Below are positions 1 to 15,233 of a stretch of 64,000 nt of DNA, in pieces (position 1 is the first letter of the stretch; every line of letters starts with the position of its first letter). Where the stretch lies: NCBI RefSeq assembly GCF_009914755.1, contig NC_060938.1; one strand, written 5' to 3'. A program made the translations under genes and the position numbers. Under the pieces are notes generated by a model that was given only the letters and a program-made list of their open reading frames with translations, ran no database searches and had not been told where the DNA came from. Source of the stretch: the human T2T-CHM13v2.0 reference genome, Homo sapiens.

Positions 1-320
1 ACATTAGCAAAGTTAAGGAAAATCATATTTATATCCTCTTGACTGATGAATAAACACTATGCATTTCTCAGTGGTGTCTTCTTGCATTTACAACGTTAGC
101 ATCTCTCAAAACCCAGTGACAGAACACAAATCATGGAAAGCATGAGTATTCTTACGGAGGTAATGGAGCAGAATATTAAGATCTAGTTGTCCTCAAAAGT
201 CCAAAATGTGTCACCACTGTGCCTAATTATTGCATTAATTTAAAAGCCTAGGTCTATAGTAACATCTCACTTGGCCTCACGGTGCTGCTGCAACTAGCCC
301 CTGGCTCAGCCCATGTACTG

Positions 321-376
321 TTATGTTAGTGCAAAAGTAACAGCAAAAACCACAATTACTTTTGCACCACCTAATA
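321..376. mobile_element. MADE1 (Hsmar1-derived MITE), internally deleted
   Basis: ttatgttagtgcaaaagtaa...aattacttttgcaccacctaata: both mariner TIRs are present and the centre is missing. Confidence 0.8.
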
Positions 377-2084
377 GCTTAGAAAGGCAGCCAGGACCTT
401 TCTGCTATGCCAAAGGGCCTTGGGGAATTTTTAGAGTTAACCTGATTTTATTGTGAAACCCCAAAATAAACTACCACTGAGACTAATAATCCCAGGAAAC
501 ATTGCAGTACAATACCATGAAGCTAGTCTTGATGTTTTCCCTTTCTCTAACCAAAGCTGTAATTAAGATCATTATGGGATTTCCCTCTGCCCCCAGGGAA
601 ACACAGTTCCAGTTTTATAACGCAGTCAATGGAACAGTAGGAATCAATTTGAAAGTTTTGAACAGAATCTTTGGCAATACACACATCTACTTTTAAATTG
701 AGGTATACCTCAATATACACAAACTCCCTAAAGCTCCAAGAATATCAAAAGTAATTTGGAAAACAGGATTGATGTTTGTGTGAAAATATAACATCATTTA
801 ACACATTTAGTTTGCCCAAGGGAAGAATAGCTTACAAGTACTCTTTCTGTGAACTGTAAACACCACAAAGATTTTATATAGAGAAAATGAATTAAGAAAA
901 ATTAAATGGCTATCAGGAAAAAGAAAAACTGTCTCCATATAATGATTATCTCCCCCCTCGGATTAATTAAGATATTAAATGGACTTACTCAAGAACTAGT
1001 AATGACTCTAACACTGGGGATATGTAATAGCTTTAAATTAGTCATGAGGACAGGGACAGCCTATGTGCCCATTCTTGGGTCTTTACAGTTTTTCTTCACC
1101 CTTGGTTTCAGGAAGGTTAAAATTCATGGAAAAGTGGGGAAAGGAGAATATAACTGACAGAATACAGCATCCAATTCAAAAAGCTGCAATTCCTTATGGC
1201 AGTTTCTAGTGAACATGGAGCACTCACTCTCCACCCCACCCAACCCCAGAAGGCAGCCTCACTTGTATGGTTAATGTGCTTCTCTTCCATTCTGCTTTAA
1301 CAATGCCATGGCTTGCACTCAGTGAAAGGTGAATGAAATGCATCATCATTGTCGAACCTCAAGGATTTTAGTTTTATGGAATACTGAAAAATGACACTGC
1401 TGGCATAGATGTTACTTTTCTTAGGAAGAATAGTTAGGCAGGGACATTGTTTCAAATGCCTTTAGACCAGCAAATATGCACAAGTGGCAAAACATGAGGG
1501 GATTTGTTCATAAATCCATGGGAGGCACTGTCTGTACACACTTGTAGAAATATCTGGGGAAAAGACATTTTGCATGGAGTGAGATGTCCTGTCCAATGAG
1601 GGGTGCTACACCAACAGCAACATGCAAGTTATTACTATTAATAGGAATTTCACTTGTACATACTGACAGGTGAAGACTTGGAAAGTCTGAATTTCATACC
1701 AAAGTTTCCATTTGGATAACTGAAAATTTTCGTTTTATTTATGTAATCTGAATATGTTTATCCAATTTATTCAATATTAAAGTATGGTGCTATTAAATGA
1801 AGAATGGAAGGATTCCTTACTGGTTCATCATTTGTGTTTCTAATCTGCAGGTGGTGAGAAAAGATGTAACAAGAACCTTTTCTGCATACCATCAGCTGTA
1901 GTGCTCCATGTCAAGATCCCAGCAATCCTACTCAAAAGAAGACATTCACTTGCTAGCTCGAGTGTTAGCTCAAAATCTGTGTAGTGTCCTGTGCTGGTAA
2001 ACTTACCTCTGTCACATGGGAACTGCAAGGTTCATTTCAAACACCTAACTCAATAGTCACAGCAAACACATAGTTCTTACCACA

Positions 2085-2247
2085 TCAAGACACTCTTCTA
2101 ATGGCTCTACACATTGTAATTTATTTAATTTTCACTTCTATTAAGGAGTTGCTATTTAATCCCTGCCTTAAAGAGAAGGAAATCATTGCACAGAGTGTGA
2201 AAAGCTAGGCTGTGTAAGCAGGCAGTCTGGATCCAGGGTCTTAGCCA
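2085..2247 (-). mobile_element. MIR fragment
   Basis: Degenerate match to antisense MIR (atttaattttcac...gagaaggaaatc...aggcagtctgg). Confidence 0.45.
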
Positions 2248-2269
2248 AACCTGAAGACTTAGGCAGCTA

Positions 2270-2662
<393 letters not shown>

Positions 2663-2743
2663 TTAAGCTGCTTAAATATACCAAAGACAAATTCTAAGAG
2701 GAAGACATGATGCAAAAAAGAAAAGCAAAGATCCAAAGTGGGC

Positions 2744-3117
2744 TGATATGGTTTGGCTTTGTGTCCCTGTCCAAATCTCATGTTGAATTGTAATACCCAG
2801 TGTTAGAGGAAGTGCCTAGCGGGAGGTGATCTGATCATGGGGGCATTTTCTAATGGTTTAGCACCATCCCCCTAGTGCTGCTTGCTTAAAAGTGTGTAGC
2901 ACCTCCCCCAACTCTCTTTCTCTCTCTCTCTCCTGACGGTGATGTGAAGACGTGCTTGCTTCCCCTTCACCTTCTGCCATGACTGTGTTTCCTGAGGCCT
3001 CCCCTGAAACAGAAGCCTGTATAGCCCGCAGAGCCATGAGCCAATTAAGCCTCTTTTCTTTATAAATTACCCAGTCTCAAGTAGTTCTTTATAGCAGTGT
3101 GAGAATGGCCTAATACA
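2744..3117 (+). mobile_element. MSTA/MSTB solo LTR (ERVL-MaLR)
   Basis: tgatatggtttggc...tataaattacccagtctc...ctaataca termini. Confidence 0.85.
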
Positions 3118-4519
3118 GAAAATAAGCCATCAGAGGCAGCACCAAGCTGCCTCTATCTCTAATCTTTTCACTTTTACAAAAAGCAAAACTTTCTTTCTTA
3201 GTATCTGTATTCTTGACCCATGCCAAAGCTTGTTTAGTGGCAGTGATCTAGAAGGTGGAGTGCATTTTTTAAAAAAACAAGTTGCTGCAACAATATGTCC
3301 CAAGACTACCTCACAATATCTATGCTGTGGCCATGAGGAGCCCCGTCAAGAATGCCACTCTACCTCAATGACATCAGTGTAACAAGGCATTTCTGACAGG
3401 TCGTGCTATTACTCAGAAGTTGTAAACATCTCATTTCTCCCTTTTCTGTCCACCCATTCCAAACTGTTTGTTTTCACTGATGTGCTTGGGAGCTTTGGTT
3501 TTGTAAATGGAGAAGAGAGGAGTTTTGTTGGAGAGGGACTGGGGAAAAGCTGAGGCTCCATAGGGGATAGAATGGCATCTGGCCTTCACTTAATCTCTTG
3601 AATTGATTTTGAGCCCCTTTGGAGAAGGAGACTGGAGACTTTGTGACTCTCTGGTACAAGCAGAGCTGCACCGGAGTCAAAGTGACCAAGTGTGGCCCAG
3701 AGTTGGAAGGAGCCCATTCTATTCAGCAATACTCACCACTCCAATAACCAGGGAGCATCCAGATGTATCACCCTTGGCATGAACACTGGCATGTCATGAT
3801 TGGCAGTGACAAAAGCAGTTTTGTAGGTAATAAGGGTGGACAAGGGACAAGGGTGGACCAGGAAAATGAGAACAAATTTCATTTGACAGCTGACAGGCTG
3901 CTTGGTAGGCCTACATGAGGCACACCTTTGGGAACATCAAATCCAGCTAATAGGGCCTTATCCCACCTAATTTTAGGTAGGAAAAGGAACTGTGGCCTTG
4001 TTTTATAATCAGTGCTAGCATGTGATGTGGCATATTTATTTAAGTGAGCGTCCATCTAAGCTCCATATCACCTCATACTTGAACTGCAGTAGCCTCTCTG
4101 CCTTCAGACTCTCCTTCCTATAGCCTGCATGGTATTTCCAATAATTTAATTTCCTTGCCCAAAATGGCCTCTATTCCCCAAGATGAGATGTGCCTGTGGG
4201 CAAGATAAAATGTAATTCTAATTACTGAGGAGAGCTGGTAGGGTGATCAATCATCCACGTATTCCCAGGACTATCCCGGTTTTCACATCAAAAGTCTCAT
4301 GTGCTGGGAAACCCCTCATCCCCAACAAACTAAAAAGGTTGCTTATCCTTGCTGACCATTGACTTTGGCTTCGGATTAGCATAAAGGTGTGTGGGGTTTT
4401 ATAAATATATATATATATTTCTAATGATGTGCTCCAACACAGAGAAGAAGCATTAATAGATGCTATTTTTACACCAAGGAGCAATGAAATTTAGCTGCTT
4501 ACTTCATATAGGCAGTTTG

Positions 4520-4533
4520 GTTGCTATGGGAAC
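4520..4533. promoter_or_regulatory. Candidate RFX X-box
   Basis: GTTGCTATGGGAAC fits GTYNCYATRGNAAC; lies in sequence with no recognisable repeat. Confidence 0.35.
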
Positions 4534-5934
4534 AGTGAGTGGCAAACTTAATTGTACAAACATATAAAATCGACAAAAATGTGCTTGTTTTATACCTTTA
4601 ACTTTTATATTTGCTACCACAGGCTAAGGCCCTCAGATTGTGAAATTACATTATAACACTTTAACATAATTATTTACCTTTCAAAATGTTATTACCAACA
4701 TATTTGGAAACTAATTAGTGATCATATTTATAACTTCTGTTTAAAACATGTCTTTACTTTGGGAGAATGTTTAGGCCATCAATTTAATTCTAGACATGAA
4801 TTATAAACTCTCTGAGGACAGCATGTTTGAACAACTACTAAATTCTTGGTGCACAGACGGTACCTAATGTATACCCACAGTTACAGGGAATAGTCTGCAC
4901 ATTTTTATGTGCTGAAGTTAAGACTCTGAAATCATTTATTTATTTAGACCCTACCCTATAAAGAATTTAAGGAGGTTTTAAAAATGTAAGATAAAGCAAG
5001 AAAGGAAGAAATGAATATAAAGAGAAAATGTGGGTAGAAAAGTACATTGGCTTCAGGAATAAGGTTAGTACAAAACAAAATGCATGTCAAGAAGTTGCAT
5101 TTCCTCACAAAATTCTAAATATGGGTTACATGTGTATTTCTGAACCATCTAACAGGCAATTGAAAGGGAAAAACATGCTCTATTATAAAATTCAGTATTC
5201 ATTTGGTAAAAACAAACCAATTACCTAAAAATAGTATAAACATTGATAGAAAAATGAAAGATATTTATCATATGGTCTTCACATAAAGGACACTATTCAA
5301 GATGGTAAATATCTAAATCAATTGCCAAATATCTAACCTAAGACTACTGTGTAAGTGAGGATAATTACATAATTACTTAAAGAGAAAAATATCTTATTCA
5401 TCTAAAAAGAGGAGAAGTGGGCAGTTCAAGAAAATATAAAATAATGATCTCAATTAATAGTAATTAAGACCTTAGTAACAAAGTAATTCTTTGTCATAGG
5501 TAATAGATAATAACCACATGGCTTTGAAAAAAACTATGTCAAGAATTTTATTTTTCTCTGTTAAAATAATGGGCAAAAAAGTAATATCTATGTGCCCCCA
5601 AATACCCTGTGAAACACTGTATACAATAAGCTATACCAATAATAGCAAATAATTTCTATTTGATAGAAATTATAGATCTTTCTAACATACAACAGGTTTT
5701 ACACGCAATACTTCATTGGTTCTTTTATGACACTAATCATACGAAACAGGAAACAAGTGACTTTTTCAACTTGAAAGTTGATCTCAGATTCAAACTTATT
5801 TCTGAATCAAGCCTATATGCACTCCAATACCTCTGACTAATTAAATAAATTAACACATAGTTCATAATATAGAGATTCTTTAATAAAAATATATTCAAGC
5901 TACAAAACATAATCTTAGTTGTGACATTATACTA

Positions 5935-6132
5935 CAGTTAGCCCTCCATTTCTTCAGGTTATGCATCTGCAGATTCAACCAAATACAGATGGAAAATATT
6001 TTAAAAATTAAAAAACAATATAACAATTAAAATAATATAAATAAAAACAGTAATAATAACAACTATTTACATAGTATTCTTATTTTATTAGGTATTTTAA
6101 GTAATCTAGATTGATTTAAAGTATACCTGAGG
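5935..6132 (+). mobile_element. Tigger3a/MER2-type DNA transposon, left part
   Basis: TA|cagttagccctcc TIR; ends at tttaaagtatacctgagg where an L1 interrupts it; sits in an L1MC 3' end (ttagttgtgacattatacTA). Confidence 0.85.
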
Positions 6133-6892
6133 CACTGTCCACCCCACCAGCAACCATGCCCCCACATAATGCTAAGGGGCCTGAAGACCACCCTGCCAGA
6201 GGCCCATCACCACTCATGCTGGTGACTCCACATCTTCCAACAGTAAGGCTGCTGCACATGCCACCCAGGGGCCCAAGACTCAGCACACCTAGCATCCCTA
6301 TCCCCAGCAAATCTGCACCACAGCCTCCACAAACAACCTCAGTCCAGGCCATCAAGGAACTCACAAACACCGAGGACACTGATTACAACTAAAGAAAATA
6401 TACAGAGACTACCCTAATGCACCCACCCAGAACCAAAGCCAAAACACCCTAGCCAACTAACACTGTAGAACACATGTATAAGAAAAAGACTTTCCCTACA
6501 AAAGCTACTTCATAAAATTGGAAGAAGCAACCGTTCCAACAGATGTGCACATATTAAGATAGGTATACAAGAAACATGAAAAAGCAAGGAAACATGCCAC
6601 TTCCAAAGGAACACAATAATTCTTTAATAACAGAAACCAAAGAAACAAAAATTGATTAAATGCCTGAAAAGAACTTCAAAACAATGCTCTTAAGGAACTC
6701 ACCAAGATACAAGAGAACACAGACAGATGATTCAATGAAATCAGAAAAACAATTTATGATCTGAACAAGAAATTTAACAGAGATAGATACAAAAAAGAAT
6801 CAAACATAATCTTGGAACTGAAAAATTAAATTAGTTAAATTAATAATACACTTAACTGCTTAACAACAGACTAGATCAAGCAGAAGAAATAA

Positions 6893-7216
<324 letters not shown>

Positions 7217-9671
7217 AGGTCTTTTAAAATAACTCAGTCAGATATTTAAAAAATAAATAAATAAATAAAAAGAATTTTAAAATGAAGAAAGCCTACATGA
7301 CCTATGAAACACCATCACACAAAAACTTATTTATGATGGGAATTTCAGAAGGACAAGATATGGGAAAAGGCATAGAAAACCTACTTGGTGAAATAATAGC
7401 TAAAAACTTAAATCTTGGAAGAGTTAAGGACATTGAGGTACAAAAAGCTTAAAAATCACCAAACAGATTCAACCCAAAAAAGTCTTTTCTCAGACACATT
7501 ATAGTCAAACTGTCAAAAGTCAAAGACAAAAAGAGAATTCTAAAAACAGCAGAAGTGTCTAGTCACATATAAGGAAATCCCCATCAGACAAACAGCAAAG
7601 TACTAAGTAAAACCTTACAGGCTAGAATAGAATAAAATGATATATTCAAAGTGCTGAAAAAAAATCACTGTCAGCCAAAATTACTATACACAGCAACACT
7701 ATCCTTCGGAAATGAAAGACACATAAAGAAAGAGTTCTTCCAGACGGGCAAGAACTGCAGGAATTCATCACTAGGCTGGCCCTACAAGAGATGCTAAAAG
7801 GAGTGCTATATCAAGAAATGAACAAATGATATCTGCCATCACAAAAACCCACAAAAGTATAAAACTCATTGGTAAAACAGAAACACAAATGAAAAAAGAG
7901 TTAGGAATCAAAACTTATTGCTACAAAAAACCACCAAACCACAACGAGAAACAAAAGAGGAATAAAGAAAGAGGGATATACAAAACAACCAGAAAACAAT
8001 TAACAAATAAAAGGAGTAAGTCCTCATCTATTAATAACAACCTTAAATGTATATTATTTAAATTTCCCAGTTAAAAGATACAAACTGGCTAAATGAACTT
8101 TTTAAAAAACCAACAAACAACTATATGCTGCCTACAAAAACCTCACTTCACCTGTAAAGACACACATAGAATTAAAATGAAGGGATAGAAAAAGATATTC
8201 CACACAAATGGAAACCAAAAATGAACAGGAGTAGCTACATTTCTATCAGACAAAGTAGCCTTTAAGAAAAAAAATTTAAAAAGACAAATAAGAGCATAAT
8301 ATAATGATAATGGGATTAATTCAGCAAGAAAATATAACAATTATAAATATATTCACACAACACAGGAGCAACAAGATATATAAACCAAATATTACTAGTG
8401 CTAAAGACAGGGATAGACCCAAGTAAGTAACAGTTGAGGACTTCAACATTCCTCTCTCAGCACTGGACAGATCATTTAGAAAGCAAATTAACAAAGAAGC
8501 ATTGAATTTAAATGGTACTATAGATAAAATGGACCTAACAGACATTTACAGAACATTTCATTCAACAGCTGCAGAATGCATTCTTTTTATCAACACATGT
8601 GGAACCTTCTCCAGGATAGATCATATGTTAGGCCACAAAACAAGTCTTAACAAAATTTTAAAAATCAAAATCATATTAAGTATCTTCTCAGACCACAGTG
8701 GAATAGAACAATATCAATACCAAGAGCAACTTGGGAACTTTTGTAAATACAAGGAAATTAAACAACATGCTCTTTAATGACCAAAGGATCAATAAAGAAT
8801 TAGGAAAGAAATTCAAAAAATTATTGAAACAAATGAAAAATGAAACACAACATACCAAAATCTATGGGATGCAGCAAAAATGGTACTAAGAAAGAAGTTT
8901 ACAGCAATAAACACCTACATCAAAAAAGGAGGAAGACTTCAATAAACAACTCATGTGCCTCAAATAACTAGAATATCAGGAACAAACCAAGCCCAAAATT
9001 AGTAGAAAGAAAGAAAGAGTCAAAGATCAGATAAGAACTCAATGAAATAGAGACAAAAAAAATTTACGATATCTGAGACAACAAATATTTAAATATTTGT
9101 TGATATTTTAGATATCAACAAAATTGAGTTGTTTTTGAAAATATAAACAAAATCAACAAGCCATTAGCTAGACTAGCTAAGAAAAATTGAAAGAAGACCC
9201 AAATAAAGAAAATCAGAAACTAAAAAGAAGACATTACAGCTGAACAACAGAAATACAAGGGGACTACTATGAACAACTCTACTCCAATAAACTGGAAAAC
9301 CTAGAAGAAATGGATAAATTCCTGAACTCATATAACCTACCAAGATTGAGCCAGAAAGACATGTTTAAAACTTGAACAGACAATAACAATTATATCAAAT
9401 CAGTAATAAAGTCTCCCAACAAATAAAAGCCCAGGACCAGATAGATTCACTGCTGAATTCTATCAAACTTTTCAAGAAGAACCAGCACCCGTCCTCCTCA
9501 AAGTATTCCAAAAAAAAAAAAAAAATTGAAAAGGAGAGATTTCTCCTTAACTCATTCTATGAGACCAGAATTACCCTGATATCAAAACCAGACAAGAATA
9601 CAAAAAGAAAACTACAGGCCAATATTCCTTAACACAGATATAAAAATCCTCAAAAAATACTAGCAAACCTA

Positions 9672-10015
<344 letters not shown>

Positions 10016-10055
10016 TAGCAAGCCAAATCCAACAGCACATCAAAAAGATAACACA

Positions 10056-10385
<330 letters not shown>

Positions 10386-11439
10386 TCAGGAATGCAAGGA
10401 TTGTTCAACATACATAAATCAATAAATGTTATGCATTGCATCAACAGAAAGAAGGGCAAAAGTATATGATCATTTCAATAGGCACATAAAAAATATTTGA
10501 TAAAATTCAACATTTCTTTATGATAAAAACCATCACCAAACTTGGTATAGAAGGGGCATAACTAAACACACAGAAATGGCCATATGTGATAAACCCACAG
10601 CTAACATCATACTGATTGAGGAAAAGGTACAAAAGCCTGGACTTCAAAATCACAGGCAAATGAAAGCAAAAATATACAAATGGAAGCATATCAAACTAAA
10701 AATTTCCACATAGCAAAGAAAACAACCAACAGAGTAAAGAAAAGAGACAGTCTGTAAAATGGGAGAAAATATTTACAAACTATTCATCCGACGAGGGACT
10801 AATATACAGAATATATAAAGAACCCAATAACTCAACAGCTATAATAATACAAATCATCCAATTAAAAGATGAGCAAATGATCTGAATAGACGTTTCTCAA
10901 AAGAAGACATACAAATGGCCACAAGTATATGAAAAACACTCACATCCCTAATCATCAGAGAAATATAAATGAAAACCACAATGCAACATCATCCCACCCC
11001 AATTAGAATGGCTATTGTCAAAACGACAAAAAATTACAAATATTGGTGAGACTGCAGAAAAGGGGAATTCTTATACACTGTGGGTAGGAATGTAAATTAA
11101 TACAGCCATTATGAAAAACAGTTTGGGGGTTTCTAAAAAACAATTAGAAATAGAACTACCATACGATCCAGCAATCTCACTACTGAGTATTTATCCAAAA
11201 GAAAAGAAATCAGTATATCAATTTTCTACACTTCCACGTTTATTACAGCAGTATTCCCAATAGCCAAGATATGGAATCAATCTAAGTGCCCATCAACAGA
11301 TGAATGCGTGAAGAAAACTTGGTATATATACACAATGGAATACATTCAACCATAAAAAAGAAGGAAATGCTGTCATTCACAGCAACACAGATAAGCCTGG
11401 AGGACATTACATTAAATCAAGCACAGAAAGATAAATATC

Positions 11440-11751
11440 TTTTATAAATAATAAACCTTTTATTTTGAGGTAATTGCAGATTCACATGCATTTGCCAGAG
11501 GTAGTTTAGAGAAGTCTGGTATATCCTTCACTCAGCCTTCCCTTGCACATCTATACAGTTGTCCCATGATATCTGCGAGGGATTGGTTTCAGTATCCTCA
11601 CAGAGAACAAAATCCAAGGATGCTCAAGTCTATTAAATAAAATGTTATAGTATTTGCATATAATCTACACACATCCTCCCATACACTTTATATTTATTCA
11701 TAATCCTTTCCTATTATTTTTAGTTGACATGTATTAGTTGTTTATGTAATA
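11440..11751 (-). other. Inverted block: L1MA 3' tail + right part of Tigger3a (11556-11689) + L1MC 3' end
   Basis: The reverse complement reads tacatgtcaactaaaaataa...aaagtgtatgggaggatgtg...gggacaactg TA tagatgtgcaag...gcatgtgaatctgcaattacctcaaaataaaa. Confidence 0.75.
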
Positions 11752-11761
11752 AGATTTTCTT

Positions 11762-12890
11762 CCTAGGAGAAAATCTAAGGAATACCATTCAGGACATAGG
11801 CATGGGCAAAGATTTCATGAGAAAAAGGCCAAACGCAATTGCAAAAAAAGCAACAATTGACAAATGCAATCTGATTAAACTAAAGAGCTTCTGCACAGCA
11901 AAAGCAACTATCAACAGAGTAAACAGACAACCTACAGAATGGGAGAAAATTTTTGCAATCTATCCATCTGACAAAGACCTAATATCCAGAATCTACAAGG
12001 AACTTAAATTTACAAAAAAAGAAATTAAAAAGCGGGCAAAGGACATGAACAGACACTTCTCAAAAGAAGACATTCATGCGGCCAACAAATATATGAAAAA
12101 AAGCTCACCATCGCTGATCATTAGAGAAACACAAATCAAAACCACAATGAGATGCTATTTCACGCCAGTCAGAATGGCTATTAATAAAAAACCAAAAGAC
12201 AACAGATGCTGGTTAGATTGTGGAGAAAAAAGGAATGCTTTTGCCCTGTTGGTGGAAGTGTAAATTAGTTTGACCATTGTGGAAGACAGTGTGGTGATTT
12301 TTCAAAGGCCTAGTGACAGAAATACCATTTGACCCAGCAATCCCATTACTGGGTATATACCCAAAGGAATATAAATCATTCTATTATAAAAACACCTGCA
12401 CACATATGTTCATTGCAGCACTATTCACAATAGCAAAGACATGGAATCAACCTAAATGTTCATCAATGATAGACTGGATAAAGAAAATGTGGTACATATA
12501 CACCATGGAATACTATGCAACCATAAAAAGGAACAAAATCATATCTTTTGCAGGGACATTGATGGAGTTAGAATCCATCATTCTCAGCAAACTAATACAG
12601 GAACAGGAAACCGAACACCACATGTTCTCACTAATAAGTGTTAGCTGAATGATGAGATCACATGGACACATGGGTGGAACAATACATACTGGGGCATGTC
12701 AGAGGGTGGGGGTAGGGAGGAGGGAGAGCAATAGCTAATGGATACTGGGCTTAATATCTAGGTGATGGGATGATCTGTGCAGCCAACTATTATGGTGCAC
12801 ATTTACCTCTGTAACAAACCTGCACATCCTGCACATGTACCTCTGAACTTAAAATAAAAAATTGAAAATAATAATAATAATAGTAAATAA
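11762..12890 (+). mobile_element. 5'-truncated L1PA (roughly PA11-15)
   Basis: ORF2 C-terminal peptides (11724-12263, 12313-12648), 3'UTR and A-rich tail. Confidence 0.9.
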
Positions 12891-14994
12891 AGAGATTGCA
12901 TTCCATCATGGCAGATGGGAGGCAGGACAAGATTGCAGCTGTGACACGGATGAATACAGCAGCGTGAGGAGGTCCGTATTGTGAATTTTAACTCCAAAAC
13001 GACCACAGGAATAAATCAGAAAACCCGATAGGATCCACAGATCCTCTTAAGGAAGTGGATTGCTCACGCAGGACCCAGGAGGCACCCCAAATACTGTGAC
13101 CAAACTGTGGAAGTGGGAAAGGGAAATCCTCCTTAACCAAACACACACTCCTACTGGAGAAACTCAAGGCCTAGTTTGCAGAAGATTCCAACCTTAACTG
13201 GAGCCAAGTCAATTTAGAGAGCCGAGTGAAATACAGGGGTAGAGGAAGCAGCAGCAAAGTACCTGTGAGCTTCCCAAGCAGGCCATTCCTGCCTGACACC
13301 ACAGGGATCCTTCAGGAGGGCAGCCAGAGGCACAGGGAAAATGCCACAGGGAGAAGAAAATCTCCAGCTGAACTTAGTAACAATTTGAACTGGCTGAAAA
13401 GCCTCCTGGCCAGAACTCGAGGAAGGGTGGGAATCCCAGCGTGCAGACTCCACAGGCGGGGGAAGAACTAAAGCCCTACTTTCTTTTCCAGCTGGGAGGT
13501 GGGTAGCCTAGGGCAGGTTCTCAGCCCTGCTTGCTTACAGCCTGGAAACAGACTCATTGCTGTCAGTGGGGCACTGTGGGAGTGAGACCGGCCCTTTGGA
13601 TTGCATGGGAGCTGGGTGAGGCCTGTGATTGCCAGCTTTCCCCCACTTCCTTGACAACCTGCATGACTCAGCAGAGGCAGCCATAATCCTCCCAGGTAAA
13701 TAATTCCATTGACCTGGGGAGCTCACCCCATCCCCCACAGGAGCCACAGCAAGACCTGCCCAAGGAAAGTCTGAGCTCAGACAGCCTAGCCCTGCCACCA
13801 CCTGATGGTCCTTCCCTACCCACCCCAGTAGCTGAAGACAAAGGGTATATACTCTTGGAGGTTCTAGGGCCCCGTCTACCACCAGTTTCTCTCCATACTA
13901 CCACAGCTGATGCTCCCTGTAAAGCGCCACCTCCTGGCAGGAGGCCAAACAGCACAAAAATAGAGCATTAAACCACCAAAGCTAAGAACCCTCACAGAGT
14001 CCACTTCACTCTCCTGCCACATCCACTGGAACAGGTGCTGGTATCCACGGCTAAGAGACCCATAGACAGTTCACATCACAGGACTCTGTGCAGAAAACCC
14101 CAGTACCAGGCCAGAGCCTAGTAGACTTGCTGGTGGCTAGACCCAGCAGAGAGATAATAATCACTACAGCTCAGCTCCCAGGAAGGAACATCGTAGGAAA
14201 AGGGAGAAAGTACTACCTCAAGGAAACACCCCATGGGACAGAAGAATCTGAACAATAGCCTTCAGGCCTAAACCTTCCATCTGACAGAGCCTACCCAAAT
14301 GAGATGGAACCAGAAAACCATCTCCGGTAATATGACAAAACAAGGCTCTTTCACAACCCCAAAAAATCACACTAGCTCACCAGCAATGAATCCAAACCAA
14401 GAAAAAAAACCCTGATTTGCCTGAAAAAGAATTCAGGAGGTTACTTATTAAGCTAATCAAGGAGGCACCAGAGAAAGGCCAAGCCCAATGCAAGGAAACC
14501 CAAAACATGATACAAGAAGTGAAGGGACAAAATTCAATGAAATTGATAGCATAATGAAAAAAAAATCAAGACTTCAGGCAACTTTAGACACACTTATAGA
14601 AATCCAAAATGCTCTGGAAAGTCTCAGCAATAGAATTGAACTAGTAGAAGAAATTCAGAGCTCAAAGACAGGTCTTCAAATTAACCCAATCCAACAAAGA
14701 CAAAGAAAAAAGAATAAGAAAATATGAACAAAGCCTCCAGGAAGTATTGGATTATGTTGAACAACCAAAAGTAACAATAATCAGGGTTCTTGAGGAAGAG
14801 AAATCTAAAAGCTTGAAAAACGTATTCAGGGAAAAAATTGAGGAAAACTTCCCTGGCCTAGCTAGAAACCTAGACATCCAAATACAAGAAGCACACAGAA
14901 GCCTGGGAAATTCATCACAAAAAAAATCATCACCTAGGCACGTTGTCACAAGGTTGTTTAAAGTTAAGAGGAAGGGAAGAATCTTGAGAGCTGT

Positions 14995-15233
14995 CCCTCC
15001 CCCAGCCCCCCACTCCCCAACAGGCCCCAGTGTGTGATGTTCCTCTCCCTGTGTCCATGTGTTCTCATTGTTCAACTCCCACTTATGAGTGAGAACATGT
15101 GGTGTTTGGTTTTCTGTCCTTGTGGTATTTTGCTGAGAATGATGGTTTCCAACTTCATCCATGTCCCTGCAAAGGACATGAACTCATCCCTTTTTATGGC
15201 TGCATAGTATTCCATGGTGTATATGTGCCACAT
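14995..15233 (-). mobile_element. Antisense L1PA 3' fragment inside L1PB ORF1 (no poly(A), no TSD)
   Basis: ccctcccccagcccccc...atatgtgccacat matches the antisense L1PA ORF2 end/3'UTR. Confidence 0.85.
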
